DNA from: Dimorphilus gyrociliatus
Taxonomy: Eukaryota > Animalia > Annelida
DNA length: 64,000 bases
NCBI GenBank assembly: GCA_904063045.1
Contig: CAJFCJ010000012.1
Span: 2,351,180-2,415,179, forward strand
Reading direction: 5' to 3'
Shown here: piece after piece, positions 1 through 11,677 of the stretch
How the letters are laid out: each line of letters opens with the position of its first letter
Position numbering within the stretch: position 1 is the stretch's first letter
The notes under the pieces: model-generated
Told to the model about the DNA's origin: nothing
Databases searched by the model: none
What the model saw: the letters and a program-made list of their open reading frames with translations, nothing else
Translations under genes and position numbers: made by a program

Positions 1-530
1 GTGCTATCGTCCATAAATATCCATACTTTATAGTACATGCCAATCTTTGTCATAACTATATTGAAGAAGTGTAGTTTGTAGTTGTAATACAGAGGGGATA
101 GATTATACTCGGAGCATCGCTGATAGGCAGAGTTAAAACTCAAAGGCTCGTTCATTACGAAAATATTATAAGAATACGTTGAAAAGTTATAAACTATAGG
201 AATAGTCAGTTGATCAGGGGAGGAGTTACTCTCTTTCGTTTGGTCATCGAGATAACTGCTTCTTATCAGGATCAGATCAGCTTGTGGGGCAGATTGATTA
301 ACTTTTATAGGTAGCCGAGAGAGTGAACATTTCTTTTCGTTAAAAATTATAAGCAGCTCTTTAAGAGAAGAATTGAGACGTAAAGCTTGTGAGAAACAAC
401 GCCATTTGTTATTAAACTCTCCTAGCTGAGTGGAATTTTGAACTGTAATACTTTTCCTGTAATAATCACCCTTAAACCAGTTACTTGACGAATTGACCGA
501 AATTAAATAAAGGAAAATGAACAAGATCAT
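1..530 (-). CDS. Partial (runs off window edge) secreted or membrane glycoprotein with a probable C-type-lectin-like domain
   Basis: Stop-free frame from ATG at 530 to the window edge (176 codons), absent from the ORF track. It begins with the signal-like MILFIFLYLISVNSSS and carries several N-x-S/T sequons. The distal part YNIFVMNEPLSFNSAYQRCSEYNLSPL...KVWIF resembles the N-terminal half of a CTLD (A-x-x-x-C-x-x-x-x-x-x-L ... WI). Domain call is by pattern only. Confidence 0.55.
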   Translation of the reverse strand, partial: MILFIFLYLISVNSSSNWFKGDYYRKSITVQNSTQLGEFNNKWRCFSQALRLNSSLKELLIIFNEKKCSLSRLPIKVNQSAPQADLILIRSSYLDDQTKESNSSPDQLTIPIVYNFSTYSYNIFVMNEPLSFNSAYQRCSEYNLSPLYYNYKLHFFNIVMTKIGMYYKVWIFMDDS

Positions 531-929
531 AATTGCGAATGAGAACTCTATTATTCACTAAAAGAGATTTTTTAATGACGTCCTTCTAGACGGTAAACAT
601 GTAAATAAACTTAATATATTTTTCAATATTCAAAATAGATTTATTCAGCAATTCAAGTGCAAAAATTGAATAGAAACATAAAACAAAGTACACTTTTTTG
701 TTTTAAATTTGTCTAAGAAACAAAATTTCTTTCTTTATTCCATTAATAAAATATATAGAAAATTTCTCATCACGACAAAACATTAGTCAACGAACTAACT
801 CGATTATTGCGCAATAATAAATATTTAATTCTTTTCTCAAATATTGATAAAAGCTTATAAAGCATCCGTTCTTTTTTTCTTAATATTTTGTTTTTAATAT
901 GTTTCTTTTTCGTATATTTGCTTTATTCT

Positions 930-934
<5 letters not shown>

Positions 935-967
<33 letters not shown>
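935..967 (+). repeat. (TC)n microsatellite
   Basis: Uninterrupted TC dinucleotide run just upstream of the ATG at 981. Confidence 0.95.
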
Positions 968-969
<2 letters not shown>

Positions 970-980
970 TCAGCACGAAC

Positions 981-1761
981 ATGTCAATTGTATTTCTTAT
1001 ATTTATTGTCTTCTGTCCAACACAAATCTATATGATAGAAGCACGAACAGGTGCTACAGGTAAATCGCATCTTTTGCTTTTCCTTCTCTTTTCAATAATA
1101 CAACACTTTTCCTTCTTTTCTACTTTTTTTTTACAAGGTGATACCGGGCCTAGAGGACATACAGGATTCACAGGATATCCAGGACCAATTGGCCCAATGG
1201 GAAAAACGGGCGCAACAGGTAGTAAGGGCATAACTGGTGCGACTGGATATCGTGGTATGCCAGGACCAGTAGGACCCCCCGGACCTCCAGGAAAGACACA
1301 ATTTAACGGTACAGAATCTAACGCTACGCAGAAAATTCTTCAAGGTAAATCTCTTAAGTCTTAAATAAAGATTTCAAATTTTTGTCTGAAATGGATAAAA
1401 CTATAATTTTCAGGTGAAAAATCGAATCTAGAAGCTCCGGCCATGGCAACATCGGCACTTTCATTCGTTTTGAGTATTTTAAGCGTCATTCAGATAGTTT
1501 TCTTAAGATTTAAAATTAAAAAATATGATAATTCGCTTATAAAGAAGAACGAAATTAAAATAAATAAAAATGAAGAATCTCCTAAACAGAAATTAACGAT
1601 GAAGAAGAACATTTATTATCTTCCAGATGAAATTCCGTAACTATAATCAATGTATATTTATTAAATAGTACATATGTTATACTTTAATTAGGCATGGAGA
1701 AGTTCGTTTAGAACGTAAAATGTCGATAATGTCAGGAGAATATTTGGATTTACAAGATTAG
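981..1761 (+). CDS. Type-I transmembrane mini-collagen A (signal peptide, 19 Gly-X-Y, TM, Tyr-motif tail; ~192 aa)
   Basis: Exons 981-1059, 1138-1344, 1414-1636, 1692-1761, all GT-AG, phases 1/1/2, frame consistent. Product: [23 protein letters not shown]-(GAT...GKT x19)[11 protein letters not shown]...-[30 protein letters not shown]...[33 protein letters not shown]. Confidence 0.8.
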
Positions 1762-1812
1762 CGATTTAGTCTCACTCCATTCCACTACTCTCTCTCTCTT
1801 CGTAAAAACTTA

Positions 1813-1817
<5 letters not shown>

Positions 1818-1842
<25 letters not shown>
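1818..1842 (+). repeat. (TA)n microsatellite
   Basis: TA run between the two collagen-like genes. Confidence 0.9.
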
Positions 1843-1853
<11 letters not shown>

Positions 1854-2175
1854 AATTTATATAAGTATATTAATATATTAGTATATAGACAGTATATATA
1901 GAAATACAATCAGCTTATAGAGACATGCTGTATTACTATCTTTGATGAATTTTACTATATTTTTCATTCATATATATATGGATTAATGATTCTTAATAAA
2001 ATAATGAAATAACAAAAAACACGATCATGAGTCATATTATATAATACAATCAGTTTGGGAAGTTTTAACAATATGGGCTTATATATATATATAGCCTATT
2101 GCTAACATCCTACTGGGAACAAATATCATATTCAAACGTAGATCATTTGATCTTGTAAATGAAAAGAGTAAAGTT

Positions 2176-2881
2176 ATGTATGAATTTACAGTTTTTATAA
2201 TATTTTTACTCTTTTCGTCTGGAATCGGCGGGAAATATTACGTAGGATACACAGGCAATACTGGTTAGATTTGCTCTACTGTTCTTCTTTTATAATTTAA
2301 TCCTCCTTATTTTAAGGGATGGCTGGTCCATTTGGCCATCCGGGAGAAATGGGAGCGCCTGGCACCATAGGTAAAGAAGGAAAAAGAGGAGTAATGGGCG
2401 AAACTGGAGAGCCGGGAGAGGTTGGTCCAACTGGACCCACTGGCCCCAGAGGTCCAACTGGAGCTACAACTATTATAAACAAAACAATTGATCATATAGA
2501 AACTACGACAGGTAACTTTTAATACTTTTGAATCAAATTGCTAAAATATAAATTTAAAAAAGATGTTGTTCCAAGTAAACTGTCAGCGGCCCTCTATATC
2601 TCATCAATATCTATTATAATAAATCTACTCTGTTATCTCGGAACCTGTTCTCTAACTAGAAGATTAGAAAGGATGAAAGATATAGGAAAGGAAAGTTTGC
2701 GTACCAAGCGCTCCCTACCGCAACGCCCTAAAAACATCTACGAGTGAGTATTACAGTATTACAGAGTATAGAAAAAGCAGAATAAATCATTTCAAATATT
2801 TCATTTCTCCCCAACAGTGAATTGAATAGTTTATCATTAGGAATATGGGGGAAGAGCAACGACGTCTATCAGGAGATTTAA
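2176..2881 (+). CDS. Type-I transmembrane mini-collagen B (signal peptide, 19 Gly-X-Y, TM, Tyr-motif tail; ~175 aa)
   Basis: Exons 2176-2263, 2317-2511, 2563-2743, 2818-2881, GT-AG, phases 1/1/2. Product: [23 protein letters not shown]-(GYT...GAT x19)-TIINKTIDH...-[33 protein letters not shown]...[27 protein letters not shown]. Confidence 0.8.
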
Positions 2882-4180
2882 TCGATATTAAATATTTTAA
2901 AAAGAGAAAAAAACCCAACTTTTGTGTTCAAAATGTAAAGATTTTTATACAAATACAAAATTGACTTGTATAATAAATTGAATATCGAATTAATTATAAA
3001 TCCTATTGCTTTTTTCGTGGCACACATATTGGATAATCTTGCTATTATTTCATATAGTTTGAGAAAGATACTTTCTGACCCATGTGAATTAGCGTTAAGC
3101 TCTTCCCTATCATATAGAAAAACAAAAAAACACTTATTTAGATTCGAACAGCGTGTGGGAAATCGTGATAATTAAAAGAGAGAGAATCTTAAATATAACC
3201 TGTGGTAAGCGTAAGAGATTGAAGCTTAGCTTAAGAATCTATTGTACGAAAAGCAGGAGATTCTGTCCTAGAAAGTGTGATTAATTTCGAATCTTAGTGG
3301 TAAATAGACGCAAGAAAAATCACGTGATTATGTTTTACAGTAAAAAAAAAAAACTCCATCTATCACATAAACATTTCAATACTATTTTGGAGTTTTTACG
3401 TGTTACGAATGTTGCCATTCTACGTTAATAGTATATGAACAAGAAGTACATAAATAAGCCATTTGGAGAAAAGGATAACGACCTTTGTATCTATTTTTAT
3501 CAATATTTGCCATTATTAGCATTCCGCGAATGGTTCGAAAATCATATGTTATTTAAGGAATTCAGATTAATTGCTAAAAGCAATTTTAACAATTGATCAC
3601 GTGATATCCATTTATCTAATTATTACTATTATTATCTGCACTGTATCAAGTAAAATTTAAAGTTGCGTGGTCAAGTCAAAACTCAGTCGAATATCACCAA
3701 AGCCTAAATAGTTAATTACATACATTTGTAAAGAATCCTTCAACCATTACATTTAGAATAATGGGATTGTTTGCTATTCATCCTTATCGAAATACCAATA
3801 TGTTGTTAGTTAACGAACGACTGACAAAAACAACAATCCCAAAGGGAAATATGAATATTTTAAGAATTATGTACAATCTAAAATCCATCTATTTATCAAT
3901 TTCGAGTACTTTTATATAAAAAAGAAAGAACAAACAATTAAAAAGAAAGTTTGTTTTCTTTTCCTTTTTAATTTTCAAAATAAATCTTTTTATTATGAAA
4001 AAAAAAGAAAAATTTGGTTAATATCTTGAAAAAAAACGGTTTTTTGTGGTTTTTTTTTTGTTGAACAAAACTAAGCTAGTAACAGATTACAAAATGAATA
4101 CGTAAATTATTATTATTGTTGCTGTTGTTGATGTTATTATCATTATTATCATTATTATTATTATAATAATTCCTCTGTAT

Positions 4181-6640
4181 TTATTTTATACCAGCGACAT
4201 CCTTCAAGTGCTGTATAAGATTATAGATCTTCAAAGATGTTGATACTTTTATACCTGCTAAATGGCTCATATCCTCTTTCTTTAACGAAAGGAAGCCTTT
4301 TCCGTCTATACCCTATTTATTTAAAATAGATTTTGTAGAAAAAACATAAAATAATTGCTTAAGGATTATATTGTTTCTTTTTTTTAGAAGATTACCTTTT
4401 TACTAAAACTTTCGGCAAGGTTTCCGCAGTCGTTTCTTTTTAAAAAGACAACAACGTCTTCAACCGTCCAATTAAGGGGATCAATTTTTTGCTGATCGAC
4501 TCCCGGTGCGAAAGTGTACATAATTGAACTTTCGTCGGTGTCGTCTTCGACGTATTTCGGGATATTTTTGGTCAATTGAATGGATCTGAAGGGTGATAAA
4601 GCGCTAACAAGTGCTGGATGAGTTACGGCTTTTGGAGCGATAGGCCTTGGCAAAGTTGATTCGCTTAAAGCTTTGCAAAAATTAAAAATCAAAACTAGCT
4701 ACGCAAAAAACATTTTATTATCATTTTAATTCATTTACCAGATTTATCGTGTTGAATAGATGAATTTTGTTCGACAGAGCTCTTTCTCCTTTTTATTGTT
4801 GATCTTTTCTTTCTATTTCCTTTTCCTTTACCAGTTATAGTATTCTCCTTCAAGCCATTTGCGGCGGCTGAGCCTGGTGGAACTTCTAACGTATGGCCAA
4901 CCATTTCGCACCAGCCGATGGGGTAAATGTCGGATGATTCGCAATCAACCCATTGATCGTAAGCTTCCGACCAACCATCAAATCTGATACGAAGTAGCCG
5001 ACCGGCAATCTTATGTACAGTTGCAACGCATACTAAGTGAGGTGATATTAGATCGGCAGCTTCTAATTTTTGACCTTCTTTGAAGGTATGAGCGGGTAAC
5101 TCCTTTAAAGAAAAATACGTTTACAATCATTAGAATTCAACAAAAACAATGTCTTTACTTTATCGAATAACTTTACAGGAGCCAGCTTTGCGGCGTTATC
5201 GTTTAAATAAGTTTGCCAGTCAAAATTCTCCTTATGAGACAATGGAGGAGTTAAATCCAGTCCGTAATAATCGCAATAACCGGCTGGAAGGAGGCAAGGA
5301 CTCGATTTATGATAGCAAAACCAGTCTCGACCAGGCATGACTGGATTTACGTCGAATGATATCATCATATTTCCTCTATCCAATAATTTTGAAACGCTTG
5401 CTACAGTAATTTCGCTTAATTTAAATGGATTAATTGCTTCCAGCTTCATTCCCTCTTCAAATTCAATGTCGTTTTTTGATTCAGCAGCTACCTGCTGTGG
5501 AAACATTTCGGGGGAAGCATCTTTGTCATCGTAAGAAATAGCGTTGGAAACTTTTTGAGATGATAAATGTCGATATAAAGCTATCAGTGAATATAAATAA
5601 TATAAATAAAATACAGTTTTAAATTATATATTATGTTTTGAGATAGTTAATACCTGGTACATTGGGATCCATAGCATGACCTGAATTTTCACACCAACCA
5701 ACTGGATGAAGGACGGGAGAGAGATAATGGCAATAAAAGAAACCGTCTTCTTCTGCCTAATTTATGCAATAAAAAAAAGATTAGATAAACTATTAAAGCT
5801 ATTTTAAAAAATTTCAATACTTTAGATTCAGCAGGTGGGCATATATAATCTATGTGTAGTCTACCTCCAGTTGAACTTTTTATTCGACCTGGCAGCATTG
5901 TATCTAAAGCAACTTTATTCAATATTTCCACATTCATGCCAACTTTTAAACCATTTGGTAGTTCAAGACATCTTTTTATGCTATCTCGAAAGTTTCTTGG
6001 TATAGTGTAAGCCCCGTCTAGCCTCTTGAACAAAAATGATTCCCAGCAGTCCGTTTTATCAATAATAGCTATTAACATTGCAATATTATATTATAATTGT
6101 ATTTATGCCATTGTACTATAAGCAAAAGTTTATATACTTACAATTGGGAGGAGACAAGTTTGCTCCGTTCTCGGCACACCATCCCACAAAATGCAAATCG
6201 TCAGATGCAAAATGAGTCCAGAATTCTAAATTGGGCAGTGCAACTTCACTTTCATACCGTAAGAGCAGATATAGTCCTGAGATTTTTACAATTGAAGCGA
6301 TCCAATACATTGGCTCTTTAACATGAGGAGCTGGATCAGTATTTACAACTTCTACAAGAACTCCCGGTTTAATATGCTGCCATAATTCTGCTATTGACAA
6401 CTGAAAGAAGAAAATTCCAATATATATTATTTTAAATAACTCTTTTAATCCTTTCTATCTAATATTTACATGTTTAAAATTTGAAGAACAGGCAGCTTCG
6501 AATCCAGCTTCATCAAGAGAACAACGCCAATAATAACCCGACGATTGAGGAGGAAATTCCTTTCCTAGGAGAAGACTACGATAAATATTTGTATATCTAT
6601 AATACATGTACAAACCGTTCTCAAAAATTGTCATTGTCAT
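4181..6640 (-). CDS. Sfmbt: MBT-repeat Polycomb-group protein with C-terminal SAM domain (Drosophila Sfmbt / L3MBTL2 / MBTD1 family); 5' end uncertain
   Basis: Multi-exon. MBT repeats include YWIASIVKISGLYLLLRYE...FVGWCAENG, GMKLEAINPFKLSEITVASV...PAGYC, and GQKLEAADL...FDGWSEAYDQWVDCESSDIYPIGWCE. SAM domain: WTVEDVVVFL...GIDGKGFLSL...LKIYNLI. Stop at 4181-4183. Confidence 0.88.
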
Positions 6641-7291
6641 TTGCTTCAGTAGACCCAAGTATCCAGTTCGTAGGGGCAAACTGTAACTTTTGCTACTAAC
6701 AAAAACAACTCATCCAATCTGCAACAGAGTTATGCAGTGCATATTATTTCTAAATAAATTTTATTTTATTCAAAACTTTAAAAACAGACTTGTACAAAGA
6801 AATTTTCGAATAGTTTTAATCAAAAAATGTAAACCGAAAATAAAGATTTGCACGAAAAAGTGAAAATTGTCGTGATTGGATAAGACAAGCATTGTATTCT
6901 TGAAGCTAATTGGCTTAAATGCCCGCCAGCAAAAACTGGTAAAAATGTACAAAACAAAGTTTGTTTCATTTTATAGAAAAGAGCAGATAATTTTAAATAT
7001 TCAATAAGAAAGTATTTATTTTTATTAACATCCAAAGTATAAACGAATTTTTTATAAGACTATTAAAAAAATTTCTTCTTGTTCTTTGTTCGTTGTCTTT
7101 AATTTTCATAAAGCTTACATCATTTTAGCATATAAGACTTTGGATTAACTTTTACATATATTATTGTTAGAACAGACAAAGAAACAATAATTAAAAGTTT
7201 AAGTAAACTTGAGTAGAATATTGGAATGCTTCTAATGAAATAAATTAACAAGAATGAAATATACGGCAAGTTAAGTAAACTTAAAGAAATA

Positions 7292-9003
7292 TTAATGTCT
7301 GCGGTTTATATAAGGATTTAACGGATGTTTTCTGTTAACAAAATGTATGTTGTAGCAACAGTATCTTTCTACGCCTGTAATATCAGATTTAAACGATGTT
7401 CGAAAATTTGTTCTCGAATGAAAAATACTAAATCCAGTATTTTTCAGTTCAAGGATAACTCTATACATAAATCTCAGAGTGTCACCTTTTGCCCAGGTAC
7501 ATTTATTGTTAGGTTTAGTATGAATATCCATTTCTGGAGTATGAAATTCCACAGCCAATTGACGAATCTTATGAATAGAACCAGATTTTATCATTTCATA
7601 TAATGCTGGCCATTCAGAAAATTCAACATCTAATTTTAGGTAATCTATATGTCTGTCTTCGTGTCCTAGTTCTTTTAGAATCGATCCAAATGTTTTTAAT
7701 CTCCAATTTCCCATAATTGATAGGCCATTTTCATGATCAATTCCAATATTATGAAAGTAGATACTGTCGGAATATTGATAATCTTCCTTGTTCATACTAT
7801 TTGAAAACAATTGAACAATTATTTATAATGAATTATATTTTTTATTATTTTATATTTCTCTTTACCTAGGATCGAAAGCATGAACTTCGCAACCGAAACG
7901 ATCTTCAATTCCTTCTTCAAATCTAAAATCATTATCTATACCAAAGGAATAGACAAGGCAAGGTGTAGAAAATCTATAAGATGCATCTAAGCAGATATCC
8001 CATCCTCCATCTTCAGGTGGTCCAATCCTTTCTTGGCTATTTTTTTGTTTTTAAATTCCAAAAATTTTCATTATTATTTATTAAGCAAGAAATGTTAGTT
8101 TATGAATTCCGACTTGTCTTGCCTATGATGTCGGATGAATATAAAATAGGACAACTATAGTACTAGTATTGAGACTAGTAAATATGAACCTATTCAATCA
8201 AATTTTGAACTAAACTACAATATTCAAACGATTATAAAGTGGATACTTATCCTTTGAAATATCATTCAACAAAAACGGCGTGAGAACTTCTAATTAGTCA
8301 AAATGGTGGACAAAAATGGAGTTAGTTATAGTAAACTTTTAATGGTATGGTTCAAAGGCTAAAGTAGATAAATTAACTCAAGAAAAAGAAGAGAGAATGT
8401 TCCTAAAATTTCTTAAACAACTCTTTTGCGATCTAGATAAATGATACGAAATGACAATTGACGACATCCAAGAGAGATTGAAAGAAAGAATAGAATCTGA
8501 ATTGAACGAGCAGCGCCAAGATGAGATACTTAGAGGAACTTTTATACCTTATTAATCTTACTGATAAACATAAAACCTTTCCTTACCTTTCACACATAGT
8601 TGTAATAGTTGATAGAGTCCTAAAATATGAATCCTCTATATTAAATAAATCATAGCCAACACCATCCAAATATCTTCTTCTTTCCCCACTATCTTTAATC
8701 ATCATCTATTTAGAATTTTAATGAATAACCGTAAACATTAATATTTAAACATTTATGAAAGAATGAAGTCTTTAGTTTAAAAGTTGTCTTTACCTCTGCT
8801 ATTCTAGTTTTACATCCAATTGCCGATGTATAACGCTTTCTAGGATAAAAGCAATAAATTACTAATGAAACAAGGAAGATTACGCAGAGTAATTTAGCCA
8901 ATTTTTTCGTTGGAATTTTTTCGAAATATGCACTTTTATATAATTGAAACTTTATCTTTAATATGTTCATCGAAGGGGATGGTTTCTTCAAAATATGATG
9001 CAT
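7292..9003 (-). CDS. METTL24: METTL24-like type-II membrane methyltransferase (Methyltransf_22 family)
   Basis: Exons at about 9003-8794, 8706-8588, 8039-7868 and 7797-7292. N-terminal TM anchor; motifs RIGPPEDGGWDIC, CLVYSFGIDNDFRFE, CEVHAFDPS and IDYLKLDVEFSEW. Confidence 0.82.
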
Positions 9004-9768
9004 TGTCAATCCTAGTATTGTATTAATAGTAACAAAAATCTATCATAATTTAAAAGTCGTTTGAATATACAAGTATTTTGCATCAACAAATGTCACAATT
9101 TTTTCAACGATATTAGAGGTAAGAGCAAAAAAAAACTAAGAGCAAAATATAATATAAACTGGTTATATTTCATATATTCGATATGTATTTAAAAATATAA
9201 ATAACTCTTTATAAAGTTGTAAATCTGTCAAGTTATTCAGCTAATATGATACTTTAAGTATTTATTAGTTTTAGTTGTATTTTTTTGCTTTGTTGTTATA
9301 TTGGTCGAAATAATTATAAATAACAAGTACATATATGCGAAAAAGGAATTTTAAGATTGTATTCTTTAACTATACTTGCTCTTTTATTAAATATCAAAAT
9401 AAAGTTTTAAGAAATATTTTTAAGGGATGTTTTTTTTTTACAAAAACAATATTCATTTATATAATGATATATATCTAATTTTTACATATTATATTAGAAT
9501 TAACTTTAAAGAGAGACAAGATATTTATAAAAAAAAAAGACTCTTAAAGCTATAAATTCTATATATGTTTATATTGAATTTATTTAACAATAAGTCTTAA
9601 GAAATGTTGTTTATGATAAATTTCAAAACTTGAAAAAGCCCATAATCAATAAGGATAATAAAGAAGCACAAAACACTCCATTTAAAGTCACCAGTTAACT
9701 CCAGAAATTTGAACGATAATATAAACATTTAAGAATTCGTATAATTCCTTTTCCGTATTAAGATTCTG

Positions 9769-11642
9769 ATGGGAGCAGAAACAAGTTCGTATGCTGACTT
9801 GACATTCGAGAAAAAAAATTACAATTACGATGACAAAGTTTGGAAATTTTCAAATGCGTTCAACGACGATGATGTCGTTTCTGTGTTTAGCCTAAAATGT
9901 GAAACAAATTCTAGTGAAACTTTTTTAAAAAAGGCTGTCAAGGTGCGTTTCTAAAACAAATATATATAAAACAATCAATTTTTTCATAAATAGCACTTGA
10001 AAACGCTTAAACATCCTGGGATTATAAAATATGTCGCCTTTCACGATGAAAACATAATTACAGAAAGGGTTACACCTCTTTCTTATGTCCTCGACAAATT
10101 AAACCCATATGAAATATCAGTTGGATTAGTTGATATAATTAATACAATCACATTTCTTCATAACGTAAGTAATTGAAAAAAAGTGATTAATATATTTAGG
10201 CAGACGTTTTATGCTTAGTTTTGTTTACTTAACATCTGTTACAGGCTAAACTTTCACATAATAACATTAGCCATAAATCAATATTTGTTGATTGTTGTGG
10301 TCGCTGGAAATTAGGAAATCTTGAAGTTCTATGCAATTTTGATGATCAGACAGAAAATCACACAAAATTATGTAATTCTTTAATTGATGAAGACTATGTT
10401 CCCGAAACAACAGTAAAAAATATTCCTTATTGCTAAAGCTCACTTTTACTTTATTCATTGTTTTATGTAAAATAGCATCAGTTCAGAGATCATTCTAGAG
10501 ACGCATATACCTTTGGAATACTTTGTTTAAAGTTAATAGACTACATGAGAAGTCTTGAAGGTAAATTATATACTTTTCCAAAGTAATAAGAATAAACTGT
10601 AACATTTATTCTCTATTCATTTCTTACAGCAAATTCTATTAAATCTTTTACATTGAGACTTCAAAATGATATTCTCTCTGGAAAAGAAATTTGTAAACTA
10701 GATACTTTATTGGACGAACCACTTTTAAGGTGAATAAATTATACTCTATTAGCTAATTTTAATATTTATTCAGGATATTTTCAAATGTATGTACTCAACA
10801 TTCATTGATTTTACTATTTTTTATATGTAGAAATGACTATGTTGATATTATCAACTTTCTAAGAAATATAACTTTAAAAAATGAAAATGAAAAGAAGGAT
10901 TTTTTCAAGTAATGATTAATTTTTATTTCTTTTGTTTTTTTAAAAAAAAATTAATTTTCTCTTCTCGCTTTATATTTTTAGAAACTTAGCCGAGAGATTG
11001 TACAAATTACCGGAAAAACTTGTTGCGTCAAGATTAACAAAACTTCTTTTATCAAGATTTGTTCTGTTAGATCAAACTGCTATTGAAGATTTTATCCCTC
11101 ATCTATTAGTTCCGAGTTTTGGTAATGAACTAATTATATTAATATATACATATATATTAATACTGTATATATATATATATACGTTAAATTACCTGTCACG
11201 CATCTCTTTCACTAATTTAGCCGAAACTAGACCTGAGAAAGTTGATATGTCTATTCATTATCCTATTCTAACTACTAAGCCTTTCAAAAAACACGTCATT
11301 CCTGAAATAACAAAGATATTTCATGTCAGAGATTTTCATGTGAGGCATGCCCTATTGAAATATTTCGAAAGCTATTACAGACTATTCGATAAAAGAGAAT
11401 TATCCGATATAATTTTACCAGAAGTAATTTAAATAACATATAATAATATAATTTGTAATCGATATTTATTTTTTTTACAAATACTTATCTTTTATCTTCA
11501 GATCTTAACTGGACTTCGGGATGAAAATGATACAATTGTTTCTTTGACTTTAATTGCCCTAGCATTTTTAACTCAAATACTAGGATCTCAAGTGGTAGTT
11601 GGAGGCCAGCGTTTAAGAATCTTTCAAGTTGCCAGTCCAAAA

Positions 11643-11677
<35 letters not shown>

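Noticed and set aside
888-1364. 158-aa ORF read as one multi-TM collagen protein
   Set aside because: The N-terminus is a translated (TC)n repeat, and the internal hydrophobic block is a 78-nt in-frame GT-AG intron (1060-1137). The spliced model from ATG 981 is far more coherent.
6640-6960. Possible FCS zinc-finger exon of Sfmbt, or a separate small gene
   Set aside because: No frame gave a CxxC...FCS...C pattern or a frame-compatible splice path. The short open stretches (e.g. LDELFLLVAKVTVCPYELDTWVY*) could not be assigned.
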